Assembly (NCBI GenBank): GCA_951406725.2
Contig: OX597814.1
Location: 210,304,001-210,368,000 of the forward strand
DNA from: Octopus vulgaris
Taxonomy: Eukaryota
Length of the DNA: 64,000 nt
Reading direction: 5' to 3'
Made by a program: the position numbers and the translations under genes. The notes under the pieces were generated by a model, which saw only the letters and a list, made by a program, of their open reading frames with translations, was not told the origin of the DNA and searched no databases. Positions 38,091 to 51,460 of this stretch are shown here, piece by piece. The stretch's first letter is position 1. The number at the start of each line of letters is the position of its first letter.

Positions 38091-41000
38091 TAGCAATGTT
38101 GTATTTTATTTTAAAGAATAACATTAATTCTCAAAACATTCATTCTTCATCGTTTGCCCACAGATGCCATTCACGCATGAGTACCTGCTCTGCAGAACAT
38201 GAGCAACTTACGACAGACCTCATGTATTGAATCCAACTACAGACACATTGAAAACATTTTTGAATGAGCAAACACGAACGTAATCTCTTTGAAAGCTACT
38301 TCGACACATTCGTAACACATGGGGGAAATTCTAATACATCATACTATCAACACATGAACAGCACAAAAATAAAACATTTAAATCTGCTACACTTCTGAAG
38401 ATTGCTCATTATACACATTGCAAATATAAAAATTATTTTAAATGTCGTCAATAATGCTTTCTGATTACAGAACGCATCAATGGAATATGGTAAACAGAAT
38501 TATATATTGTATGAGATTTTAATCAATTTAGAAATTTTGTTATTCTAAACATCATAATTTTATATTCCAAATTATAGTATTTTGCAAAGTATTCGTTTCT
38601 GATATGGTAATTGTTTGCGTCAGTGCTCTTTCTTCATCTGAAACAATAGCTGACGCTGTTCAGTTCGTTAAACTTCATATTTTCTCGTCATAAGAACGAA
38701 CAATGTTTAAATTCCGTTCGTTACAATCTCAATATAGCTTCAATAACCAAATATTTGCACTTGATGGCATCATACTGGAGACTACATAAAACTTCGTGAG
38801 CTCAGCTCCAGTACAATAACTTATAAGGTGAACTAGCGAACGAATGACGAATAAATATTACAGAATACAGTTATCAGTTAAAAATGCATATTCGTTAGTA
38901 AAGTTATAAACAGAATTATCACTGGAGATGCACAAAAAGTAAATAATTATCGACTACTTCCTTTAGTATATATTAGCAAAATGTACAAAATGTTATGGGT
39001 AAGCATAGATAAACATAAATGGGCAGTATGTACTCTGCTCCATAACGTTAAATCCAAATCATATATAAGGAATGTGAAGTATGTAGATTTTACTACATCG
39101 TTTTGATTACCAATATCAGAAATTGTGCGTATTGTGTGTATTCTGTAATAATTAATATTTAATTCCAGTATTATATGCACTTTCAAATGAAGATAAAAAG
39201 TGGAGACAATATATACTCCGCTTATTCTCTCTGGATAATTGTCTTCAACATTATATTACAATGTGGATGAATGGAAGAAAAGAATCCTGAAAGGAGTTGA
39301 AACCCTTATTCTTATATCCTGCCCTAGATACTACTGATGCTTAGGAAGATGTACAGCTTCTTTAGTCATTTGAATTGTCTTTTGTGGATTAAATTTGACA
39401 TCTACATTTCTTCGTGGTTTTCATCCTATGAAAGAAGAAGATGTTGGATTCATTATGACACAAATACAATTCCCAAGTCTTAATTTGACAGTTTTAATAC
39501 TGTCCAATTTGTTCGCCAGATAATTGGAAGTGTGGAAATGCAAAATTACGACCATTGTGATATAAAGCTGTTTCATTATATATTTGGAGATGTAGAAGCT
39601 TTCACAGCCGACGTAGTTCAGCTGTAATTAGCGATATATTCTTAACTGCTGTATTTCTTTTATAATTAGTATTAATTAAAAAAGCATTAAATGTATTTTA
39701 TGTCTTCACAACTACAATTGCTCGAGAAAATCTAATTTAACATTTGTTCAGAAAAAAAAATGAATCCTTGTTTTGTGGTTAATTTATCCTTAATAAACAT
39801 AACTCAAGCGCTTCTGTCTTCAAGTTTTAATGTAAACATCAGGATGCTCTCATATGACCGAGGTGTGAACCAAAAGAGCTGTGACGACAAATCAGTTTCG
39901 AAATAAAAGTGAAAATATGATAATTTTCTTCATTCTAAAATCAGTTGGCAAACAAATTGTCGTTATATATCTTATTTCACCACAACAGTATTTGGTATTT
40001 ACGTGTATAGTGTGTTGTTAATCGAGGCCAAAATTTAGACTGAATATTTATGACAATTCAGCGTACCACATTTGTTATTAATGTGGTTAATGCATACGTC
40101 AAAGCATTTAGCTTGAATCTTTCTCGTTATCTGCTCAGATTACTTTGAGCTCAAAAAACATGAAGTTAGAATCCAGTGTGCATTATAGTTCAGTAACATT
40201 TCTAATAAGAAACGACTGGGTTCGAAATTAGACCGTAAGATAAAAACTGATAAATACTACCTAGAGTTTTATTCGGTGCACTAATATTTCTGGTACGTTC
40301 TCGCCTATTGTTACGCTTGAAAACAGGCCCAAGGTTGCCAAGAGAGATGACGATAGATTTAAATTCGAAAGTATCTAACCAGTATGGACTTACTCAACCC
40401 CAAATGAATTACAGGTAAAATAGTCTCTGGTGGTATTTGGCGGAAAAGTAAAGCCTGTAAATCTATTCACTCTGATGTATATCCTTTTGCCAATCACCAA
40501 ATACGTAGGGTATGATACGAATTACTTTAGCTACAATAGTTGCGTTTAGATTGTGTCCAATGCCTTCTATTTTGAGGTGAGATGATTAATCCTTATCTAT
40601 TATTTATTATATCGGCAGCGAAAGGAAGGAATTCCAACTCAGCCGCAGTAGATATTTTATGAATCTCTCAGAAGATAGACAGCAAAGCGACGAGATTTAA
40701 ACGTACAGCATAAAGAAACGGAAAATAAGCTAGTGCAACAAATATTAGACACGTCATCCACCCAGAAATAACTTTCAGTCAAATGTTTTGCAGAAATTAA
40801 GCAATCATAGCAATCAGGTTGTTGAACTAAAATAATCGTAGTAATTAACGGGTGTGTGTAACGTTCAATTTCTAATTGGCATAACTAGGATAATACATAG
40901 CCATATTTCTAATGGCATTAATAAGTACCCACAAGGCAAAATCTAGAAAGCCGCAACACTAAAGTCTGTAAACATAACTAGGACAGTTTTTCAGTGTCTT

Positions 41001-41299
41001 TACTATCCTTAACCAGCTATGTCCAAGGCAAAATAATCTGTTTAACTCCAAACAATGCTTTCAATTCTCGTGAACATCTATTCATGTTTTCCACAGAACA
41101 TTCTATTCAAACTTATACTTGCATATTCAACGCAGACATTTACATTGATCATGAATATTGATGATAACCTGAAGCACTTTATGCATGTTGGCCAATATTT
41201 AACAATTTCCTTTTTTTTTCAAGAAAGAAACTCTTAATATATTTCCCAGACCGTGATGCAGAGGCCTAAAATCTGTGGGTAGGCTGTAGGCGACTAAGT

Positions 41300-41432
41300 C
41301 AAGTTGTACTTATTTCATCGACACTGATAGGATGAAAAGCAATGTTAACCTCACCGTCATTTTAAACTCAGAACGTAAATACACACGAAATGCCCTAAGC
41401 AGTTAGTGCAACGTTCTTACGATTCTATCATC
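41300..41432 (-). mobile_element. Old Nin-domain-like SINE fragment
   Basis: GTACTTATTTCATCGAC...GGATGAAAAGCAATGTTAACCTC...ACTCAGAACGTAAA. Confidence 0.7.
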
Positions 41433-41494
41433 TTGCTTACATGTTTAGCAGTAGTAGTAATAATGCAAATAATATTAAAAATAATGCACATATG

Positions 41495-41531
<37 letters not shown>

Positions 41532-42259
41532 TTTGATAAAAATCACATAGTCAATAATCAAAATCAGGATAATACATGTTTCTCACCGAAAAACGAACTT
41601 TGAGAATTGTAAAAATACCACTGAAAAATTTTTGATTGATTTCCGTAAAGTCTCTCTACATACTGACTCCATTTCCAAGCAATCTATTTTTTTTCTTCAA
41701 AACAAACCATCCAATCAAGCAAAATAGGATACCGTTTCTTTAAGGTTATGTCTTTGCATAATGATGCATATTTTTTTAAGTATATGTCGATGATGCAATG
41801 TAAAGAGGGAGGACAAGAAAATCAATACTGTGATTGGCCAAATTATACTCACACACACGTACAAACACACACGCAGATGTATATGAATAAAATGAAATAT
41901 AATACAGACATATACAACCACTAACACATACATTTCTACACGCGCACACACATATACTGTCACTAACTCACTCATATATATTATTTTGATCGATGAACAC
42001 ATGTATGTATATATGTTTGTATAAAGCTCCCGTATATAAAAAAACATGAAAAGATCCATGCCACTTCTCATTGAATCCTTATCGTTGCAGTTAGTCAGAA
42101 TTTGCTTTTGCATGAATTTAATGATCTTCACTAAACTGGAAAAGATATTGAGAGAGAGCAAATGATTAAGAAACTTAAAAAAAGAACATCAAATTTTATC
42201 TTTGCATGAATATATATTTAGAATTTTCCTATTCTATTTTATCATTTCAGTTACACATA

Positions 42260-42450
<191 letters not shown>

Positions 42451-42809
42451 TGAAAATCCGATGTATAGAAAATCATTGCCATATGGATGACTGCTAATGC
42501 GTATGTGAATAAGAGGAATAACTGATCTTTGACATATTACTCTCTTCTTATTTTAAATACTTTCTTTTAATTTGTTACAACTTAATAAAAAAAAAAAGCC
42601 ATGTCTTCCACATCATGCATATTTCTACAAAGTAGCATCATCACTTCCCTCGGATTTTTATTTGATCCCTGAAAATAAAAGATTAATCCATGCTGAAGTA
42701 CCAGAGATCAAACACCATACCTAGATTTGAATAAAAAATAGAAAAAAAAGCTCTTCATACTATCAATCCTTTTACTGAACGCTGGTAGTTTATGATTATA
42801 TATAATAAT

Positions 42810-43021
42810 CATTTCTAATATAGGCACGTCCTAAAACTTTGGTGTAGGGGGTAGTTAATAACATCGATCACAGTACTCAAATGGTACTTATTTTATAGAG
42901 CACGAGAGGATGAAAGGCAAAGTCGACCTGGGCAGAACTTGAACTCAGAACATAAAGACGGACAATATGCTGATAAGATTTTTGCCCGGTGTTTTTACGA
43001 TTCAACCAGTTCACTGCCTTT
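42810..43021 (-). mobile_element. Nin-domain-like SINE
   Basis: GGTACTTATTTTATAGAG...GGATGAAAGGCAAAGTCGACC...TTGAACTCAGAAC. Confidence 0.8.
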
Positions 43022-43025
43022 TATA

Positions 43026-44964
43026 TCTATAATATAAATGTCATTCTATATGTATGCGCGTGTGTGTGTGTGTTAAATATTATAACGGCCGTATGTTTCA
43101 TATGATTTTCCCCAAATTGGGAATATACTTTACTTATTGTTCAGGGATGAATTTACTCTTAGAAGTTTTCACATAATGAGTAACGGACCCCCTAGGGACA
43201 GAAAATACCTGCTCCTTGGTTACGTGGAGAAGGGAGGTATCTCTTTGCGAAGCAACTTTCAGAAATTGATCGTCTCCCTTACATCCATTGGTCATAAAAA
43301 AAATGATTTTGCTATTTATATTAGATAAGCGTCTTTGAAAAGATTTAAAAAATACTTACTTTCTCTTTTCTAGCGTCAGTGATGTCTCTATCTATATCGC
43401 TTTATCCATCTCACACTATCTATCTCTATCTCTCTATAACTCTCCATCTATATCTCTCTATCCATCTCTATCTATATATCTCTCTATCTCTCTGTATCTA
43501 TCTGTCAATATCTTATCTAACTATATCTTTCATATTTTTCTAACTGGCCCTCTCTCAGTCTCTCTCTCTTTCTCTCTAACTCACTCATTCTCTATTCTTT
43601 TCCCTGCAAGTTTTCAATCGGTATTTACAAATAACAACGACAAATTGCTAACATAAAGAAATTCACAGTTACTGATGAAAGTAACTTCATAAATTTGACT
43701 TCAGTCCGTTCACTTTGTTAACTCTACCTACAAATTTCTTAATTTCTTTCGCAAAGTCTTGTGCTTTTCTTTGTTGCTGACAGAATTATTAACAAAAGTA
43801 AGTTCATAATTTACTGATGAAAGAAACTTCAAAAATTTCACTTAAATCTGTACATTTAGTTAATTTCCCTAGAAAGTGCTTATTTACTTATGCAGCGGTT
43901 TAGTGTTTTTCTTTTGTTAACGGCTTTTTTTCTGGTTCCTCCGATTAATGCCTCTTTGGCTCACCGAGAAATTTCGCTTCAACCCGTACAATTCTTTATG
44001 TTCCGTTAAAATTTATTTATTTTCTGCCCGTCGTATTAAGAAATATACTTTCGGTTACCCAATTATTTTCATTGTTTACTATCTTCTACACCCGTGTATT
44101 TCTGTATACGTATATAACCATGCCTAAAAGGAAAGTGTCAGATTTGTCTTCGATATCAAAGTCATCCAAAAGAATGTCTCTGTTCAACGAAGGAGAGACA
44201 GCTGCAGAAAGGGAAGCATACCAAGAAAGGAAAAGACCGTGCACTACAATAGCCAAAGCATCTTAAAGTGATGAACAGAGGTATGCACGGCTGACAAGGA
44301 ATAAGATCTGCACTGCAGAACGAAAAGCAGTTGCAAATGCGCAGAGAAGCATCTTCTATGAAGCAGCTTTCAATTATGATCCGGCAGTTCATTATGCAGA
44401 TGACACTAGATTTTCCATTGGTGCAATGACAACTGCAGTGATGGAAAAGTAAAACTCCCTGCGATCCTCCAACCTCCAGAGTCATTGAAGAAACTGTTAT
44501 CATCAACTGACCAAGATTCCAAGCACCTCCAAAAGAAAATTAGACAACACCACTCTGCACTAAAGATGACATTATTTGGAGCCACAAAAGACTTAACATC
44601 CAGGATTCATGCAAACGTTAAAGATCCAAGGTCAGATTTGTCATCGGGTTGGCTCTCTGTCGAATGAATCACCAAAATCAGCCGTTCATTGTTTATAATC
44701 TGTAGCTGTTTTTTAATTACGAATTAAGCTACACAAAACATGTTTTTGAATTACATGCATTTACTTTATATACATATATTAGTTGAAAACTTTATTTTAA
44801 CATTTCATTTAATGTCTATGTTCCATGCTGGCACGGGTCGGAGAGTTATTAATGTAGAACGTTGGTATCTCATCTACTAGCAGTTGAAACCTGCGTAATG
44901 TAGACGGCGTTTTTAAATTTCATTATTCACGGTTAACCCGGAAAAAGCCGAGCATTTCTACTTG
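43026..44964 (+). mobile_element. Internally deleted (non-autonomous) Helitron with Rep N-terminal remnant
   Basis: 5' A|TCTATAATATAAA followed by (TG)n; coding remnant AAFNYDPAVHY..IGAMT / CSDGKVKLP..PPESLKKLL..SKH..KKIRQHHSALKMTLFGA / PGFMQTLKIQGQICHRVGSL (44120-44665); 3' imperfect hairpin CCCGG-AAAAAG-CCGAG then CTTG|T (CTAG-like). Confidence 0.8.
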
Positions 44965-45436
44965 TAAAATAATAATGATACATTAAATAGTCAAAATATA
45001 AACCCGTAGGTATGCTGCAAGATACAGAAATGCGTGGTAATTACAATTATGCCTGAGTGTTGATGAAATTAGTTGCAGTTCGCTTATTACTATTGAACGA
45101 AGTAAAGAAATTGGTGAAATATAGTTTTTAAAAAATGTTACCAATCAGACGATGCCTACATGTCAGTAAACTAGCCAGAAATAAAATCAAAAAGACTATT
45201 GTCTAGATGATGTAGGTCCAGAATGACTCTTTAGAAAAAAAGAGGATATGATTGATGTGGTCAAAGGGAAACCTTTCTAGTTATAGGCCTGGCTAAAATT
45301 TAAGAAAGTCCGTTTTGCAACTATGTAACCTCAACCTACTCTTTCCACACTTCACTGTAGGTGACTTCTACGTCAGTCACGTAACGACCAAGGTCTTCTA
45401 AAGATATATGCTAAATGAAGATAATAGAAACTCCCG

Positions 45437-45504
<68 letters not shown>

Positions 45505-45508
45505 ATAC

Positions 45509-46202
45509 CAGTTGCGACGCCGGCAGTCGGGCTGTTCGGGATTAGCTCGGGTATAAATTTAGTTAAGTGAACGTGTATTTGCAAGCTGATTTAATTGCTT
45601 CTATCACACTAACTTGAAGTATGGTATCGTAGTCAATAACTCGTTCTCCTTTTATTGAACATAGTCGCAGATCTTATAATTTTGCTCGGCGTCTGATGTT
45701 TGTCTTAGAGGAGCTCTGTGTCAAAAAGTATCATTCCTAGCAGGCGTTCTCTCGACATCTTTCATACGCTCCTGATTCTGGCTCAGAAGTTACAGCCCGA
45801 ACTGTTATCAATAATCGTACAAAATAAAAGCAATTCAAATTCAATGTTTTCTTCAAAATTTCTTCAGAGACTGAGATTTAAATTCCAATCTACCAAAAGT
45901 TTCCGTCCTACAATATTCTTATCCAGCAACTCGGGCTAATACAAACGAGCTTGGTAGGAGTAAAAGACTAACCGACATCTCTTGTCAAGCATATCGCTGA
46001 TATTTTTTGTGCACTCCCTTAACTTAGAAATGGAGAAAGACATAATGCTGGACATAAAAAATAAGCCAACCTAGGCCCGAAATAAAGCGGAAACACCTGA
46101 CATTTTCGAGTAGGCGTCTCTCTTATGTGAAATCTATGATGAGCTCGAGTAACGAAATCTGGGATGAGCCCGAGTGACGCTTATCGCCTGGCGTCGCCTC
46201 TG
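45509..46202. mobile_element. Probable non-autonomous DNA transposon (hAT-like MITE)
   Basis: Imperfect TIRs CAGTTGCGACGCC / GGCGTCGCCTCTG, subterminal AGCCCGA/GCTCGG-type motifs at both ends, TA-rich flanks; TSD not clean. Confidence 0.6.
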
Positions 46203-46228
46203 ATATACATTTATATATATATATCAAT

Positions 46229-46502
46229 GATTACCATTTGTTTCGTAGTTTACAGTATCTTTTGAGCGACATATATTTCGCAAGCCAGGAGGAGGTCGAA
46301 ACTGACATTTCAGTATTCTTTACTTTGAAACCAAAAGAGTTTACATTGATGAGATTACAAAGCTTGTAAATAGATGGAAGGATGTCATAGATAATCAAGG
46401 AAAGTACAGTCATTATCAAATATAACATTGATGATTAAATGTAACATTTGATCACTTGCTTTCTGTATTCAAAATTCGGACAGAACTTAAGGGATGACCT
46501 GA
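46229..46502 (+). mobile_element. Mariner 3' remnant with TIR
   Basis: DYHLFRSLQYLLSDIYFASQEEVETDISVFFTLKPKEFYIDEITKLVNRWKDVIDNQGKY; TIR AAAATTCGGACAGAACTTAAGGGATGACCTGA followed by TA. Confidence 0.9.
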
Positions 46503-48254
46503 TATGTTCTGTTATTTTTTATCCTTTTCCCTTTGTTGTTTGTTCAAAAGTAATCATACTGCGTTTTGGTGTTTCAGTTCTAAAATCCGAACTTTAGATT
46601 TTTAATTCGAAATTGTTTACCCTGATAAGATAAACGTTTTCAACTACCAAAATGCAATTCTTTTTCTCGCGTTATTTTATAAAATCGTAAAGACAACAGT
46701 GTATAAATATTGTGATGTAAAGTGAGTGGCTCCTTTGGGCAATATATATCTCATGTGATTTAGAATAGTTCATGTTATGAGATCAAATCTATTGATATTT
46801 CTTCATTTATTTTCGTCACTTATTTGTGATATTCCTACCACTCAGTAACATCAAGATTTTAATATGGATCTAAAAACTCAAAGCAATATTTAAATGCAAT
46901 TCAGATGATGTGTCAGTTTGTCAGAATATACGTATTGCATCGAAGAGTATGTTTCTAGGCAATAATTAGATCTTCCAAAGATGCAAATTATTTTCTTTAA
47001 ATCTTCATCTCAGTTGCAAAAGCATGTAGTTCCGCTGTATAGAACTCTTTATCCAGCTCTATTAGATTTCACTTTAGTTTCACTGACCAACAAAATTCCT
47101 TTTTATTTCATAGATCAAATAATATTTATACGAATAGGAGTTTCTTTATAATTTACATGTTTATTTCCTACAATATTCATTTATGCATTTATATATTTGA
47201 TCAATGGCATTTATGATTAACTGAAAAAGGAATTTTGAGAAACGACTACAAGGACTTTATACACATAAAGAATAAGCCCTAATACATACACGTATGCAGA
47301 ATATTCTTTCATCTGAAACGCCAGTAATATAAGAGAGGTAACTCGATTTTTTTCATTCTGAAAAGGGAAACACGGAGAAAAGGAATGCATAAAGGCAGAA
47401 ATGCGAATTAAATGCACAAAGTTTGTTGCCCTTCATTTTTATAAGAGAGGATGGAGATAATTTGAAAAATAAATATGCAGATGTAAAGTAGAAAGAAAAC
47501 GACTTGCAGCTAGGAGCTATGTACATGTCATTTAAGTATATACCTTTATGTGCACTGAAGTAATAAAACGCAAACATTTGAATTTATTCGCAAAATAGCT
47601 ACAGTGGAGCAAATGAAATAAATGTCGGAGATGGTTTGCTATTCTTTGTAAAAAATAACAGGAAGGGAAATGCTGGAAGTAACATAAAAAAAACATGAGT
47701 GCATACGATCAACGATTGAAGAGAAAATTCTCACCCTTTCTATCACTCAGGAAATCAATACACACACGCATACACATAAAATATGTGCTTATGTTCATAA
47801 GAAGATAGATATATACTCTTATGAATTAACACACATATGTATGAATGTATGTATGTATGTATGTATGTATAAGAAAAAAGTATAGTAAGACATTGTCAGA
47901 TACAATCATAGAACATATAAAACATTAAAAGAGGGAACTTAGTAAGTTCTTTCTCTGCCAGAATATTTTCTTTAATGATATGTATTAAAATGGTAACACT
48001 TTTTGATGTTAATTTGCATTTTCTGATTCAACGATGGATGACATTTCTGGTCAAAAAGATCTGCTACACATAAGAGCCAAATCTTTATATTAAATCCTAA
48101 AAAGAAATGATATGCAGAATGATGTAATTTTATAAACATCTAACCAGAGAGAATGTCCGCGAGTGGGACACCTTCGCACATATATTACGAGACCCACTAA
48201 CATCAAAACATTCCAGGCGATAAGACGGGAATTTGAGGTAATAGAGCATTATTT

Positions 48255-48550
48255 GGAGGCGCAATGGTCCAATGGTTAGGACAGCGGACTCGCGGTCGGA
48301 GGATCGCGGTTTCGATTCCCAGACCAGGCGTTGTTTGTGTTTATTAAACGAAAACACGAGTCTCCGGCAGGGGGTTGTGCCTACCCCTGTTGAACTCTTT
48401 CGCCCCAACTTTCCCTCACTCTCTTTTCCTGTTTGTTGAGTAACGCTGCGATGGACTGGCGTCCCGTCCAGCTGGCGGGGCACATACGGAACAGAAACAA
48501 GGGAAACCGGGCCCATGAGCCTCGCTAGGCTTGAAAAGGGCGAAAGAAGA
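48255..48550 (+). mobile_element. tRNA SINE (head A + tail Y), full length
   Basis: Head GGAGGCGCAATGGTCCAATGG...TTCGATTCCC; TSD AGAG(C/T)ATTATTT (48243-48254, 48551-48562). Confidence 0.92.
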
Positions 48551-48923
48551 AGAGTATTATTTATGAGGTCACTCTCTAAACTAGAGATACCAGTCGCAAG
48601 AATGCAGGTAAATATTAATTGAAATATCAATCCTTCGTTAAATAATGTGCAACTTTAGAGCGGAATAAATACGAAAAGAACTGTTTTAGTTTTAAAATTG
48701 TACTAAACAAGATTCAGAAACAAAGCAACACAAATGAAATTTCATGTCAGTATATTAATATTTCTCTATCTTTTAATTGCTGCTGGTATTATTCGGTGGG
48801 ATAAGAAAGAATTCGAAGGTACTATATTAGAGAACAAACAATTGTTTTGCATATGAAATGCGTACGAACACACACACACACACACACACACTGTATGGAT
48901 CTTTAATTGATTCAATATTGTTA

Positions 48924-49144
48924 TACTCTTTTACTCTTTAACTCTTTTACTTGTTTCAGTCATTTGACTGCGGCCATGCTGGAGCACCGCCTTTAGTCGA
49001 CCAAATCGACCCCGGGACTTATTCTTTGTAAGCCCAGTACTTATTCTATCGGTCTCTTTTGCCGAACCGCTAAGTGACGGGGACGTAAACACACCAGCAT
49101 CGGTTGTCAAGCAATGCTAGGGGGACAAACACACAAACACATAT

Positions 49145-49175
<31 letters not shown>

Positions 49176-49346
49176 CATATATATGACAGGCTTCTTTCAG
49201 TTTCTGTCTACCAAATCCACTCACAAGGCATTGGTCGGCCCGAGGCTATAGCAGAAGACACTTGCCCAAGATGCCACGCTGTGGGACTGAACCCGGAACC
49301 ATGTGGTTGGTTAGCAAGCTACTTACCACACATCCACTCCTGCGCT
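48924..49346 (-). mobile_element. CORE-type SINE, full length
   Basis: Reverse complement of 13628-14051. Confidence 0.93.
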
Positions 49347-49497
49347 TATATTTCATATTTTAACGTTTTCTATTATTTCCAATTTTTAAAAATATATAAG
49401 CAATGCATTCAACGTCTGACTATATGATAATGTTTTATTTATATTCGACCGCTAGCCACTACAGCTATTTTTTTCTCTCTCTGTTTATATTCTCGTG

Positions 49498-49538
49498 GTC
49501 CTTTCTGTTGAAGAGCGTAGGCTCGAAACGTAGAAGAC
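49498..49538 (+). ncRNA. Hammerhead-like motif (type I, A6>U variant) in probable Penelope-like terminal repeat
   Basis: GTCCTTT CTGTTGA A GAGC gtag GCTC GAAA CG TA GAAGAC: stem I CTTT/GAAG, perfect 4-bp stem II, GAAA, palindromic ACGT stem III, GUA cleavage triplet. Confidence 0.65.
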
Positions 49539-49568
49539 TTTCTCACCTTTCCGAGCGTTAAACCAAAA

Positions 49569-49665
49569 CACCTGTTTGTTGTTTATACACCTGTCTTCGT
49601 CTCTTGTGTTTTTGTAAATTCCAACTCACTGTTTCTCTCTGTCTCTGTCTGTCTGTCTCTCCCTA

Positions 49666-49740
<75 letters not shown>

Positions 49741-49879
49741 ATATATAAATGTATATATGTATATATATATATGTGTATAAATATATCTATATGCATATAT
49801 GTATAAATATATGTATATATGTATAAATATATATACATAAATATATGTATAAACATATATCTATATGCATATATCTATA

Positions 49880-49937
<58 letters not shown>

Positions 49938-50080
49938 TATAAATATATGCATATAGATATATATTTATACATATATTTATGTATATATATTTATACATAT
50001 ATACATATATTTATACATATATGCATATAGATATATTTATACACACATATATATATATATATACATATATACATTTATAT

Positions 50081-50135
<55 letters not shown>

Positions 50136-50232
50136 TAGGGAGAGACAGACAGACAGAGACAAAGAGAAACAGTGAGTTGGAATTTACAAAAACACAAGAG
50201 ACGAAGACAGGTGTATAAACAACAAACAGGTG
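49569..50232. repeat. 664-bp near-perfect palindrome centred on (TA)n
   Basis: CACCTGTTTGTTGTTTATACACCTGTCTTCGTCTC... is mirrored by ...GAGACGAAGACAGGTGTATAAACAACAAACAGGTG, including the internal microsatellite mosaic. Confidence 0.95.
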
Positions 50233-50288
<56 letters not shown>

Positions 50289-50669
50289 TCTATATGTATA
50301 TGTGTGTGTATACACAGAGTGACAGTGACGAGACTGTGAGAGAAGAGCGAAGTTGAAACAAAGAGGTGAACATAGGGAGAGAGAGAAAGGGGCGATAACC
50401 TGGTTGGAGAGGTAATCTTCAGTGATCGCCTTTTCAGTTACTTACCCGCCAAGAATATCTTACACATTGTAACTACACATCGGAAAACCTAGTCATTCTT
50501 CTTGGTCAAATGAATGCAGGAGCCAATCTTTAAGAAATAGTCAACAGAAAACCGGAACTGTCCTGAATGAGTGCGGCTGTTCGAAGAATGCCCATCGGTC
50601 TTGTTACCCGATTGGTAGAGTACTGTGTGTGTCTATTAACCTTCCCACCGAAACTACTACTACTACTAT

Positions 50670-51460
50670 TATGCAATGAACGGAGAATGTGGGAAATAAA
50701 CGTCACTGGCTGTTTTTGACGGACGAGAACTTGGGAGGAGAGACAGAAACGGGAAAGAGAAACGCTAGTCATGGCCACTAAGGAACAAGCACTTGGGAAA
50801 AATCTGATAAGGGTAGATATCTACAATACTGAATGAGACAGCGGATACAGAATCTGCAGGAAAAGATACGAACGAATCAATTGCACTATGAGTGAGTCTC
50901 GCACACTAGCACAGGTGCGGTTTTAGCACAGACGTGATTATATAGGCAAAAAGAGTGCATATGGATGTTAGCCGATTGTGTGGCTTTAAAACACCATAGC
51001 AGTGGCATAAACTCGAACTAGGAAATAGGAAATGAGAATTACAAGATCTTGTGGACTTACGCATAAAGACTAACCATAACTTTGAAACACAACCAGTTAT
51101 GATTATAGAGGACAAAATACACAACATGAATTCATACATTTTGCAATTACCTACGGTAGCAAAGGAATGGGGTAAAACTGAGAAATTTCAGTTTCTGGTC
51201 AGAGAGCTGAGGAGACTATAGCAGATTAAGACAAGAATTATTCGTTTAGTAATTGGCGCACTTAACACAATGCTACCCTAAAGAATCAAAGAATTTCGAA
51301 TTGGAACTCGCATTATCGACCTGCAGATAAGTACTATTCAATATTCCAGAAGCGTACCAAGAAGGTTTCTTGATAGTTGGGGAGACCTTTTGTCACCAAG
51401 CCTCAAGATGAAACACCTGCAAACTAAATTACAATGCGCTTGCAAACTAACAATAATATT
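50670..51460 (+). mobile_element. Second decayed R4/Dong-type LINE 3' end
   Basis: ETLVMATKEQALGKNLIRVDIYNT, YRICRKR..INCTMSESRTLAQ, IIRLVIGALNT; shares ATTATAGAGGACAA and TTGCAATTACCTA with 8460-9060; TAA-rich end. Confidence 0.75.

Noticed and set aside
38164-38280. Exon after acceptor-like TTTGCCCACAG
   Set aside because: All three frames stop before the weak donor; no further support.
43669-43830. Repeated CTGATGAAAG motifs as tandem hammerheads
   Set aside because: No stem II followed by GAAA; they are internal Helitron tandem units.
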